Assembly: GCA_013239625.1 (NCBI GenBank)
Contig: MU053557.1
Coordinates: 2,448,123 to 2,512,122, forward strand
Length of the DNA stretch: 64,000 nt
Direction: 5' to 3'
DNA from: Lama guanicoe
Lineage: Eukaryota
A program made the position numbers and the translations under genes. The first letter of the stretch is position 1, and the number at the start of each line of letters is the position of its first letter. The notes under the pieces are model-generated. The model searched no databases and was not told the origin of the DNA. It worked only from the letters and a program-made list of their open reading frames with translations. This document shows positions 39,115-51,200 of the stretch, piece by piece.

Positions 39115-39855
39115 CTTTTCTTTTTTTTAATTGAAGTATAGTTGACTTACAATATTATATTAGTTTCAGATGTACAAGATAGTGAATCGATATTTTCATA
39201 GTCTATACCCCATACAAGGTTATTATAAAATATTGGCTACATTCCCTGTGCTTTACATGACATCCTTGTAACTTTTTTTTATACCTAATAGTTTGTACCT
39301 CTTAATCCCCTTCCCCTGTCTTGCCCCTTCCTTCACTCATCTCCCCACTGGAAACCACTAGTTCTCTGTATCTGTGAGTCTGTTTCTGTTTTGTTATGTT
39401 TGATTGTTTTCACTTGTATGTGGAATCTAAGAAATACAAAGTATTTTTCTTTCTCTGTCTGACTTACTTCACTAAGCCTAGTACGCTGTAGGTCCAACCA
39501 TGTTGTTGCAAATGGCAAAGTTTCATTCTTTTTTTTATGGCTGGTTAATATTCCATTGTGTGTGTATATATGTATGTATTGTACCTTCTTTATTTATTCG
39601 TCTTTTCATAGACAGGTTGCGTCTGTATCTTGGCAATTGTAAATGATGCTATCAACACTGGGGTGCGTGTGTCTTTTTGAATTAGTCGTTTTGTTTTCTT
39701 TGGATAAATAGGAATGGAATTACCGGATCATATGATAGTTCTATTTTTAATTTTTTGAGGAATCTTCATACTATTTTCCATAGTGGCTGTACCTATTTAC
39801 ATTCCTACCAACAGTGCACAAGGATTCCCTTTTCTCTACATCCTCAAAAACACTT
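39115..39855 (-). mobile_element. 5'-truncated LINE-1 3' end
   Basis: Poly(T) + aattgaagtatagttgacttacaat...; ORF 39333-39518 MPFATTWLDL...LSEVSQTEKEKY is the ORF2p C-terminus. Confidence 0.9.
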
Positions 39856-42800
39856 TGATAAATAGCGCATGGTGTGTTTGCACAGAGCTAATATTACTGA
39901 ACTGCTTGAAAGTATTAATTTCTTCAGTGTACTTTTATTTCAGAGGCAGCATACAGATAAATCCAATAAAAATTATCTTAGATTGCGGCAAATTCTACAA
40001 TAGTGAAGTAGAAATGGATTTTTTTTTTTAATTGCAGTAGAGCTATCATTTCATAAATCTTTTCCACACCTGAAGGCACACAGTTTTGTGTTCATCTTTG
40101 CTCATTGCTTGCATGTCAGGCAGTCTGCCTCAAGCTGGTTATGGCGGTCTAAATTCAGAACCTGTCTACCAATAAGGTCAAGAAAGATGGATGACCTCAG
40201 ATACCTGAAGCTGTTATTAGAAAACACATGCACTAAGTTATCAAGAGAATGAGGAGGAGGGAGAGAGAGGTACACCCTGGAGAGAGGGAGGACATAGCTT
40301 AAATGGCAGGGGGAGGTGGCGGTGGTTGTGATGGATTGGTTAGCATCTATACAGAAAGAGCTGAGCCTCAGGCTCTTCTGGCTGTTGGAAATCCAGTCCA
40401 GATATTCACTGACGGACTGAATCGCTGTTCAGCTGAGGTCCGTGCCATTTGTACATCTGACGGGTTTTAGTAGTCATTTTACAGCCATTCCCTGCCACCG
40501 CTTAGAGAACTAACATCATAAGATCCAACTTTCTTTCTTGTTCCATTTGGTGAGATCCTTCCTGCAAAAACAGCTTTTGTGTGGCCCAAAGCACTTGGCT
40601 GCTGTTGGCGCTTGCTACCCGATGCTGACTAGCCTCACTGAGGGGGAGCCTTCGCATTGGCTTTCAGAAGGGAATGTGAGTGTGTGGAGGGATTTCAGGG
40701 GCTTTTTTGCCAAGAAGCAAGAATGGCTGAGCCTGACTGTTCTGGGTGATCCCCCCCCCCCAAATAGTAATTCTGTTGAGGCTCACCTTTGTGTTCCATT
40801 ACTCTCCAGCGGAGGTTAAGAATATGGGCTTTGGCCTAAGCTATATTTAGCTTACTATCTTAGTCTTCCCAGCTGTTATCCTGGGCAAGTTAGGGAATCT
40901 CTCTGAACTTTCTCCCATCTGTAAAATGGGGACAGCAATGAAATCGCATCTCCTACACTTGTTGTGAGGGTACTTCAAATATTTAGCAGGCCTGGCACAG
41001 TTAGTTTTTAGTAAATGATATTTATTAATATTCATCACCATTACCAGTTTTTCCTCTCTCCTGCCTTCCTCCTTGCCTTAGCTGGTAGTTTTGAGGGGGT
41101 GGTCTGTTTTCATCGTCACATATAATTTCCTTTGCAGGTGTCACTCTCTGGAACGATCTTGCGTATTGACTTAACTTGTCAAGTTGTTGGCTGTGTCTCT
41201 CCTCCCACTATGGCGTGAGCTCCACACGTACCTTCTCATGCCTGTTCACTCTAGTGAGAGCGCGTAGTAGGCTCTCTCTACATAGTTATTATCGCTTCTC
41301 TGTTTCAGCCATTTCTCTTCTCTTCTCCATGATTCCAACATAAGGAAACCTGTTACTTTAGAATGAATGGCCTAAGCAAGGATGAGAATGAAAAGGTAAT
41401 TGTTGCTTTGCTTTGACGGAGTCTCAGGTTAGGAGAGCTTCTTAGAAACAAGGATAAATTGCAGAAGGGCTTTTTTTCTCTCTCTCATCAGAGACTAGTT
41501 TGAATATATTCAACAGGACTTGAGTTTGAGGGCCCATAAAATCACCTGAGCAAGCGGCAGCAGAAAAGGAACAACCATCACAAGGACGCAGGAAGGTTTC
41601 TTGAAATTGAAGGGCGTGGGTATCATCAGGCCTCGGGAATGGACTAGAACCCAGGACCCTTTCCCAAATGTCTGCCTCTGCCTCTCTTTATCTCTGCGGA
41701 TCTCTGTTTTCCACTCTGAAAGTGTTTTTCAAATTGTCTGTGCCAAAGCACCGTAAAAATTAGACTAAAAGAAGATACACCCCAATTTTTAAAATTAGAT
41801 TCCATAGTCATAAAATTACTGTCAGAGGTCTGTAAGAGTTTCTAAGTGCTTATTTTGAATTCCTCAGGGACTCTTAACACATAGCCTGTGGGCAGGCACA
41901 TGTGTGCTTCACAGAGCAACTGTACAGCACCTCCCAGTCAGCCTTCAAGTTTGCACCCCTACAGGAAACCAGGCCAAACTGCACCATGATCTCAGCCTCC
42001 ACGTGTGGGTCAGGGTTTGTTTTAAGAATCTTGCACAAGACTATGGTCTGTGCGGCTGTGGTCACTAGGTGGGGGCAAAGGGTGAAAACATGGCAACCAT
42101 GGGTGTGGCCACTGGGGTGGGAACACAGTTAAGGGGTGAGTCCACCAGTACCCAAGAATGTGTCCACAAGGGAGGTCTCCAGCCCTACTCATTTCTATTT
42201 CTCTTGAAAAAGTGTCATAATGAGCGTTTGGTTGCCTCGTTTCCAGGGACTCTGGAAGGTGACTCTGAATAAGCACAGAGGAGAAAAGTCACAATCTTGT
42301 CTCATGATCCTTCTCACCAGGGTCTTATGGGGGAGTCACCATCATGTTTATACTTCCTGCCAGCCTACTTCTATTTATATACCCCCAAATCTCTGGAGCA
42401 TACAACCTCCCAGATGGCACTATCTCTTAAGGCCATTGTATACTTCCCATACATATGTTTTGTGGATTTATTTTCTATTTGATGGGAAGGATTTGAAATG
42501 TCCACTTGGAGTTTGATCTGGACCTTTGCCTGATTTTTCCAGGATGGCGACTATTTCAAGAACCATTGGCATCTAGAGTAGACGGTTAAAGTAAATCCTT
42601 AATGAATTTGTCCTGAGTGACTTTATCTAAGAGAAGGGTTTTGAGGTCTAAACTTACATGAGTGTAGGTCTGGGTTATAATTGATGGTCCACTTTCCCAT
42701 CTCCCTCTCTTGAGAGAGGCTTGCTTAGAAGGCTAAAACTCTAAGAAATAGAATTTGTACACATAAAGACAGACTTTGGTTTAAGAGACTTAGGCCAACT

Positions 42801-43676
42801 TAAGTCCAGTTTTTAAAGTGCCAAAACTTCCTAAGATAGGGTAATTCCACGGGTGAGAAGTGACGTATTGCAGATGAGAAGTTAAGGGTGTGGACTTCGG
42901 AGCGAAGCATTTGGGCTTGAACGAATTCTGTCTCCCTGTGTGTCCTTAGGCAACATACTTAATTTCTCTGAGCATCAGTTTCCCCACATTTGAAATGGGC
43001 CTAATAGCTTCTTCCAAGGGTTTTTGGTAACTCATTTAACATTTGTTTCATTGAGAGCCCACTAGTGACCAGACAGTGAGTTAACACTGGTACAGCAGTG
43101 AACAGAGAGAAATAATCTCTACCCTTCATGGGACATTAGAGGACAGTGTTTACTTACAACCATCCAGCACAATGCCTGACAAATAGTGCTCAAATGATAA
43201 ATATGAATATTAATAATAATGACAGCTGTAAATTGAAGTAATCTGGTCAAGCACAAGACGAGGCGTCAAAGCCTTTATGTCAAATCTTTTAGCAATCCCA
43301 ATTTTAACCTAATGACTGAATATTTATTACATGAAGTTCATAATCCTGTGAAACCAGCATTGTCCACGTGTTATTAGAATTTTGCTTAGGGATATTATTT
43401 GCTGTTACTCAGTTTTTCTGTCTGATGACATTACATGTAATCAGATCTGTCATTTACTTCTTCAACTTGATGTTGAAATGAGTAGGGAAGAAAAGGTCTC
43501 CACTAGGAGATAACAGTATAGAATTCATTAGTTTGTCCATTTGGTGTTGATGGATGTCTTTTGGCACTCAGTGTTTGGTGTTGGGGGCATAGATGTAAAA
43601 TGGGCACTTTTCAGTAGGGAGGCAGATATATAAATTGGTAATTCAATATTGTGGGCTTAGGTACTGTGATAGAGGT

Positions 43677-44188
43677 TATGGTAGGCAGAATTCTGGGACA
43701 ACCCCCAGGAGTCTTTGTACACTCTTCGGTGTACACTCCCTTCCTCCCTATATAATCCTCTCATTACAAGTGTAGGCAAAGCCTGTGACAATGATGGGAT
43801 AGCAATCCTGTGGTTGGGCTACTAATAGGTTAACTCTGAGTTAATCAAAAGAGAAATTATCCTGGGTGGGTCTTACCTAATCAGGTGAGCTCTTCAAAGG
43901 GACTGGGTCTTCTTGACGTCAGAGAAGAATCAAGTGTGAGAGAAACCCTACTGCTGGCCTTGAAGATAGAGCTTCCATGAATTCCCTAGCTGTGAGGAAA
44001 GGAGTTCTGCCAACAGTCATGGTATTTTGGAAGAGGCCCCCAGCTCTGGCACCTTGGAGGTCCTGAGCATAAGGCCCAGCTAACTCATGCCCAGACTCCT
44101 AATTCAGAGAAACTGAGATAATACACTTGTGTTTTTTTAAAGACACTAAGTTTGTGGTAAGTTGTATGTGGCATAGAAAAGTAATACA
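43677..44188 (+). mobile_element. MLT1E-type MaLR solo LTR
   Basis: t(a)tggtaggcagaattct...gagttaatcaaaagagaaattatcctgggtggg...ctaagtttgtggtaa...taataca; perfect 5-bp TSD gaggt. Confidence 0.85.
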
Positions 44189-44208
44189 GAGGTATCAATT
44201 ATGTGCAA

Positions 44209-44361
44209 GCACTAGCATCACCTGGGAGTGAGTTAGAGGGCCAGATTCCCAGCCCCACCCCAGAGCTACTGAATCAGAACCTCTGAGGAAGGGTCCAGCA
44301 CAGTGTGCTTTAATGAGCTCTCAGGGTAATTCTGATGCACGTTCATATTTGAGAATTGCTG
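44209..44361. mobile_element. MER5A hAT-Charlie MITE
   Basis: agcatcacctgggag...ccccagagctactgaatcagaacctctg...gtaattctgatgcacg...ttgagaattgctg. Confidence 0.75.
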
Positions 44362-45107
44362 CTCTGCACAGTTCATAGATAGCTGTATACTCACTAGGGA
44401 ATCCTTTGTTAACAGATGGTATCTCCTTTGATTTGAAATGAAATGCATCTAAGTTTTCAGGGAGGTGGAAATGGTATTCCCACCGTGTAAGTTAGGAATT
44501 TGGGAAGTATGGAATATTGCTTGCCATAGCTAATTAAATTTTAAAGAAAAAAGAGAAAGTATCCAGGTTCTTGGCTCATTTCCATTCTGAATTCAAAAGC
44601 TCCTCTTCCTATGAATGTAAAACAAATCAAGTTAATTATGCGATTGTTTTTTTCTGCTGTGGGTTAAGGACGTTCCATTCATCAGTGACACTCTACATTT
44701 TAAAGTCTATTAATTTTATCACTTCCTGTATTACAGGAGAAACTTGTTCTTTAGAAGCTTTTGCTGATCTCATTCATGCAGATAGCATTTACTGAATCTT
44801 CTAATAGAAGAGGTAATTGGTAAAGAAAAAAGAAATGGAGGATGATTTTAAGTTTAACAGAATAAAGACTCATAAATGAGAAGTGAAAAATGGAACCACA
44901 CCTAAAATTTTATAGCTCTTACGGCAAATTTCTTTCTTTGTTCCAAGCATACACTAAGAGAACATTTACAAAGCTCATTAATATTACTAGGGATCAGCTC
45001 CAGGAATTCATGACCTAAAGCAGGGATAAAGAGGTTTCATTTCACATACTGACTTTGATTGATGGAAAGAGACTGCTTGGGTCTTGTTCTGAGAGGGGAA
45101 ACATGTC

Positions 45108-45485
45108 TGTCTTAATCAACCGGGGCTGCCGTAACAAAATACCATAGACTGGGTGGCTTAAACAACAGGAATTTATTTCTCATAGTTCTGGAAACTGGAA
45201 GCCTGAGATCAAGGTGCCAGTGGGATTGGTGTTTGGTGAGAGTGCTCTCCTTGGTTGGCAGATGGCAAGCCTCATTGTCATTACATGGCCTTTCTTTGGT
45301 TTGTGCAGGTGGAGAGAAAGAGAGGAAGCAGGCTCTGTGATGTGTCTTCTTAGAAAGACACTGATCTCATGAGGACCCGACACTCATAACCTCAACTAAA
45401 CCTGATTACTTCCCAAAGGCCCCATCTCCAAATACCATTACTTTGTCAGGTTAGGGCTTCAACATATGAGTTTGAGTCCATAGTA
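45108..45485 (-). mobile_element. MLT1A-type MaLR solo LTR
   Basis: tgtcttaatc...gctgccgtaacaaaataccatagactgggtggcttaaacaacagg...ttagggcttcaacatatgag; perfect 5-bp TSD atgtc. Confidence 0.88.
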
Positions 45486-46036
45486 ATGTCTGAGTCCCTA
45501 TCTGGGCTTAGAGAGAATGCTGTGTTCCATTGGTGATGTCTGTGATGGGTGCAGACATGCGGGAGGTTACATCGTGGCTGTTAGGTAACTGTCATCCCTA
45601 GCTGGCTTCCATTCATTTATTCAGATGGAGTAATTTCAGTTATAAGACAGAAAACTAGCTCACTGTTTCAAGCAAACGGGTACCTCATGTACCTGAAGCT
45701 CATAGCCTGGGCTAAGAACTTTTGGCCCATTTCGATCTTGGGCTCAAATGATAAAAGACTGGGTTTCCTTTTCTTGGCACCATTGACGGTAGTCATGAAT
45801 GATAAAGGTGAAAGCAGCTAACACGCACAACACTTCAGTGTTCCAGGCACTGGTTTAGGTACATTATACGTCATCATTTAATCCTCATAAAGAGTCTGTG
45901 AGGTAGTTGGTATTGTTACTTACATTTACACATGAGGCAAGTGAGGGGTAGAGAGATTAAGTAACTTGTTTAGGAATGTGCAAGTAACAGAGCCAGGATT
46001 TGAGTATGTAATATTTCCAGAGACTGTATATTAAAC

Positions 46037-46256
46037 CAGGGGTTGGCAAACTATGGCCTGCAGTCCAGGTCCTGCTTCCACCCATTCTTGTAGATGAAGT
46101 TTTATTAGAACACAACCATGCTCAATTACTTACATATTAGCAATAGATGTTTTTATGCTACAGTGACAGAGTTGAGATGTTAGAACAGACTGTACCACTT
46201 GTGAAGCCTAAAATATTTCTAGCTGACCCTTGGTGGGAAGAGTTGACTGAATCCTG
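46037..46256. mobile_element. MER58A-like hAT-Charlie MITE
   Basis: caggggttggcaaactatggcc...gttttattagaacacaaccatgctc...agagttgag...aagcctaaaatattt...aatcctg. Confidence 0.8.
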
Positions 46257-47174
46257 CTCAGACCCCTGTGCTAGTTGGCAATCTGCCATTCTCAAGCTGC
46301 AAGTGGCGGCAAGGTGGCTGCAGCTGTTCCTGTTCCTAATCCCTTTCTAGTCACTCATCAAGAAAGAACACGTCTGCCTCCCTGATTGCTCAAACAAAGC
46401 CCTAGAATGGAGCCTTGCCGGCCATGATCTGCCTGACTTAGGTCACCTACTGTGAACGGTGGCGGGCTCGTTGGATGGGCTCCATCCTTCGACGAGGAGG
46501 GAGGTCAGCTTCATTCAAGGTACGTGGCCGGGGGTTGGGAGAGAGCAGCCCACCCGAAGCCAGTGTCTAGAGATTTTGTGGTAAGAAAGAGGGCAGAATG
46601 CTGGGTAGTGAAGACAAATGTTGGCTGCATTGATAATGCCCTATTTATCACATTTTTCTGCTTAGCGAGGTAAATGGAAATAGTGAATGGAAATACTTCA
46701 CTAAGGTACCCAGATACTTTGGAAAAGGGGTGTCTCCACCCCTTGTTTCTTGGTCATATGCTTATTCCCTGCTAGAAGCTGGACACTCACAGTGGTTATT
46801 CTTCCTGGGGACTGTTAAGAAGAAGATCGTTGAAGATGGGAGGATGAGGACGAATTCTGAAAGGGAAGGTGAGAATTTGAATTTACACCCAATTCCTAGG
46901 TTGAGCACAGTGGTGGTTTTTTGGCTATAGCTGCTGCAGCCTCTGTAACTTTCCTTTATTCTGTTGCGTATTTCCTGTTTCCATGCCTTGTCCAACAGCA
47001 GATACAGAATTAACGTGATTTTTTTTTCCTGATGGCTCACAGTCATCATTACAAACATGCTGTCCTGTGTTAGGATTCAGTGATGCCCTCCAGCACTCTT
47101 GATGGGCAGTCAGGGCTGCTTTCCCCAACACAGAACAGCCTCATGTTGTCAGGGTGTTTGAGTCCCTCTCTTAG

Positions 47175-48230
47175 CTTTTAAAAACATCAAAAGGTGAACT
47201 ATATAAGACAGAAAATTGAATAGAACAAATGTAGAACTTAGTGAATTATTGTAAAGGGAAATCTTTTAAAATGGTAGATGGATTTTGTGCCAGCTTCCCA
47301 GACGTCCCCTGAATGCCTCCTCCCAGTGACTCCTTGTGCCCAAAGATAACCATGGTCCTTAATTTTATAATGACCATTTCCTTGTTTTTCTTTACAGTTT
47401 GACCGCTAAGTATGTATCCTCAACATCATACTTCAGTTCTGCTTGTTCATGTATTTTAAAAAATTCCTTGTGTATTTTATGTAATTGGAATCATGAAGCA
47501 GTTACTTTCTGTGTGGCTTTTTTCACTCAACCTCAGGTTTATAAAATTCACCCATGTCGTTGTTCAGAGTTTTAGTTCATTCACTTTTGTTGATAGAATT
47601 CTGTTTTGTCGAGAGGAACACACTGGTTCTGCTGGTGGTCATTTGTGTTGTCTAATTTTAGCACCAGAAGAGTGTTGCTGTGAACTTGTCCCTTGGTGTG
47701 CATGTGCACCAGCTTGCTGAGTGTATGCTTAGGAGTGGAATGTGTTGCTGGGTCATAGGGTATGAATATCTCCAACATTAGTAGATAGTGCTACATTGGT
47801 TTTCAAAGTGATGGGTTTGTAATCTCACTGGCAGTGTATGAGAGGTCTGGTTGCACCATATCTTTGCCAACACTTGTCAGTGTTAGTCCTTCTCATGGCA
47901 TTCCTTTTGAGGCTGTACAGTACTATTTACATTTCCCTGATGACTAAGTAAAGCATGTTTTTTGTTTTTTTTAAATAGAAGTATAGTTAGTTACAATGTG
48001 TCCATTTCTGGTGTATAGCACAATGTCCCTGTCGTGTGTATGTATACATATGTTCATTTCCATATTCTTACTCATTAAAGGTTATTACAAGATATTGAAT
48101 ATAGTTCCCTAGAGCATGTTTCTTATGTTTGTTGATTATCTGGAGATCATCTTTGGTGAATTGCCCTCAAGTCCATTACTTTTCTACTGTTTTTTTTTTT
48201 TAAATACAGATTTATAGGAGCTGGATTTTT
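47175..48230 (-). mobile_element. Old LINE-1 (L1ME-like) with nested young L1 3' fragment at ~47961-48109
   Basis: L1ME-like text (cactggcagtgtatgagag...ctttgccaacacttg). The nested insert is flanked by taaagcatgttt / tagagcatgttt. Confidence 0.75.
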
Positions 48231-51200
48231 CAATGGGGGAGCTCTACTCCTTTATCTCCATAGTATCCTTTGCCCATGATTCTTGTCGTGACTCTGATGC
48301 TTCCTTCTCTAGCTTTGGGTGGCCACCACTGTCTGTTCCTTAACATGTTGTTCCCCAGGGCCCTCTGCTCAGCTAACATAGTCTCACTCTATGTCCTCCC
48401 ATGTAACCCTCTCCAGAAAGGCCAGAACACACTAGTAATTAACTCTCCAGCATATCAGTGGCATCTCGGTCATAAGTCTTTTTATCTCGATGTCTGTCGG
48501 GATTCTCTCTCCACCTGGCTGCCTCACTAGCTCCTCAAACTCCCAATGTCCCCAGTTAGACTCCTTTATCTTTTCCTCCAGCTAAACCCTACTGTCCCGT
48601 GCCTTTAATCTCCAACTCTGTTCATGCCATTGCTTGTCATCTTAGCTATCCACCTGGGCATCTTTATTAACTTCTGTCTTTGCTTTCATCAAGTCATTCT
48701 CTAAGTTATACCGATCCCCAATTTAGGCACTCATCTCTTTCCTGGACCACTTCAACAGCTTCCTGTTTTCAATCTTGTCTACTATCAAATGTGTCATTTA
48801 CACAGTTGCCAAGATGGTCTTCAGAAATACAATTCTATGTCAGTTCTCCTGTTTAACATCTTCCAGTCTTGCTCCCTTGGCTGCTGAGTGATGTCTAAGC
48901 TCTCTGGGTGGCCCTCTGCAGTGTGGGCCCTGCTCCCTCACCAGCACTTGAGCCAGTGCTAACCAAGAGTCTTTCCTTTCACTGAAATCAACCTGCTGGT
49001 AGTGCTCAGAGACAGGTGGGGCTTCTCAACCACGTGCCTTTGCTCATGTTCGTGGTCATGTGGCTGCCTCATCCTCCTTTAGGATTGGTCTCCATTTCTG
49101 TCTCCCCCAGGAGATCAGATTCTGTAACTCTGCATACCCTCCATAACTCACGCATATCTCTGCCATTACATTAACCGGGCTATATTGAAGTCACTTTTTG
49201 GAATTTCATTTCCTGTTGGACTATATTTGAGGACAGGAATTATGCCATGATTATGTAGGTTACTCTGTGGCCAGGTGTGAATAATTGGTGAAGAGCTCTG
49301 AAGGCAGGCAAAAAATGTACAGCACTTAATCTTGTAGGTAAATAATATGTAATGTGGTGAATAAATGCCGTGGGTACACCTGCGTGAATCTGTGCCGGCA
49401 CGCACTCCAGTGAACCTTGGTGTGAGGGAGTTCTCCCAGCGTCACTTGCGGAACTCTCCGGTACCGCCAACAGAAGTGCTGAGTGCTCCTTGAATAGGAG
49501 TTAAAACAACTCATCAAGACCGTCACTCTAGGTGGGAGTAGACCCATTGATTTTAGGCACATAGAAAAATGTCAAAGCAGCAATGAAACAAGGCTGATCT
49601 TAGAGATTCAAAAGACCTGGTCTCGGGCTTGGGCTGGGAGCAACCCTGTGTACCCTTGGGCAGTTCACTCCGCTCCTCTGGCTGTGAAGGTGCCAGGGCA
49701 AATTGAAGTGTGTCCACAAACAGGAATGCTCAATTATTGCTCATCTCTAGGACACTTATTTCACCCAAGTGTCGTGACTGAGCAGTATAACCAGCAGGTG
49801 AAAAGAGAAGTTGTTACAATCTTATGTAGAGTCATAAAAGTTTATTATCAACCAAGCCAGTCAGATTTTAATTTGTAAATGGATCTCCAGTCCTGATATA
49901 AAATACAATGAAACATTTTTACAGCATTTGTTTCCAGGTTATGTCCTTAAGCAGCTGGGAAGCAGCCACCATTCCAAAAGGAAGGATCACAAATTCAGGG
50001 AAGGTTCTCAGAGAGGGGAGTCAGTCAGTGGGATGTTGAGGCCGTGTGTGTGACGTTGTGTTAAGAAGAATCCATCATGTGTTTAATGCTGGAGAAGACG
50101 GGAAAGCTATAACGACTGCCCTCAAGGGAGCAGCCTCCCAGTGTCCCTCTCGGGGCATCATCTCAGACTGATAGTTACTTAACCGTTGCCGTGCTGGTCA
50201 AATTGAAGGACAGCTTTGAACCACGTTCCATTTCTTTCTGTACTTTGGAAGCTGTTAGCTTTGAAATGAGCTTTCTTGTTCCGTGATGGACACTTCATAA
50301 GCCTCTATGATGTTTGTCACATCTTCCATGAATATACCCAGCTTTGAGTTTCAGCTGATTCTTTCCAGAACCATCCCAGATATAACTAATTCACCTTTCT
50401 GCCTCTTTCCCCAAAGAATATGACAAATAAGAGTGACAGCCTTCATCTAGTCAGAGAGGAAATGAGGGGCTGAAAAACGGAGCCTGCCATTAAAGAAATT
50501 TCTCAACCTCGGAGTTAAGAAATAAGACCCATCCTAGTGTCCTAGCCCTGGCTGTCTTCCTGTTAGTGTCCCATCAGAGATGACTAAGCCATGCTTCCGT
50601 GGACATGGCAGCAGTACTGCGTTGTGGCTCCAATGGAATGTGACCGGTCCACTTACCCTGCTGGGAAATAGGTGCTGTTTAACATGCAGTTGTTGGCTGA
50701 TCTCTTTGATAAATTTGGGCTGACTGTTCATAAGCCACCTGCACTTGGAGTTGGAAATCATTAGCCTAGATGAAATATGACTTTCAATTATGCCACAGTC
50801 AGAGAAGCTGAAATAAGAAAGCCAAACTGGGAGGGGGGAGTCAGGTTTTTTTAAAAAATTTTTTTATTAGAGTGACTTGGGCATGTAGAATGAAATCCAG
50901 GATTCACACCTCACACGTCCCCCGCCAACCTCACCATCCATCCCCTTCTAATTCACTGTCGTGCCTCTCAGCCGCCCACAGAGCCTCCCCTATGTTGTGG
51001 ACACCCAGGCAAATGAAAATGCTAATCTTCTCCCATCCCTGTCCTGCTGTATCAGGTCTGGGCTTAGCGCTGAGCGCTTTCTTTGGGGAACTGGCTTGCC
51101 TTCCCCTAAGAACATCCGGGGAAGGACTGCCTCACCTCTTGCTTCCAAGTGGGAAGGCTGAAAATAATAGCTCTTGTCACTTCCCTTAGCCTTGTTATGG

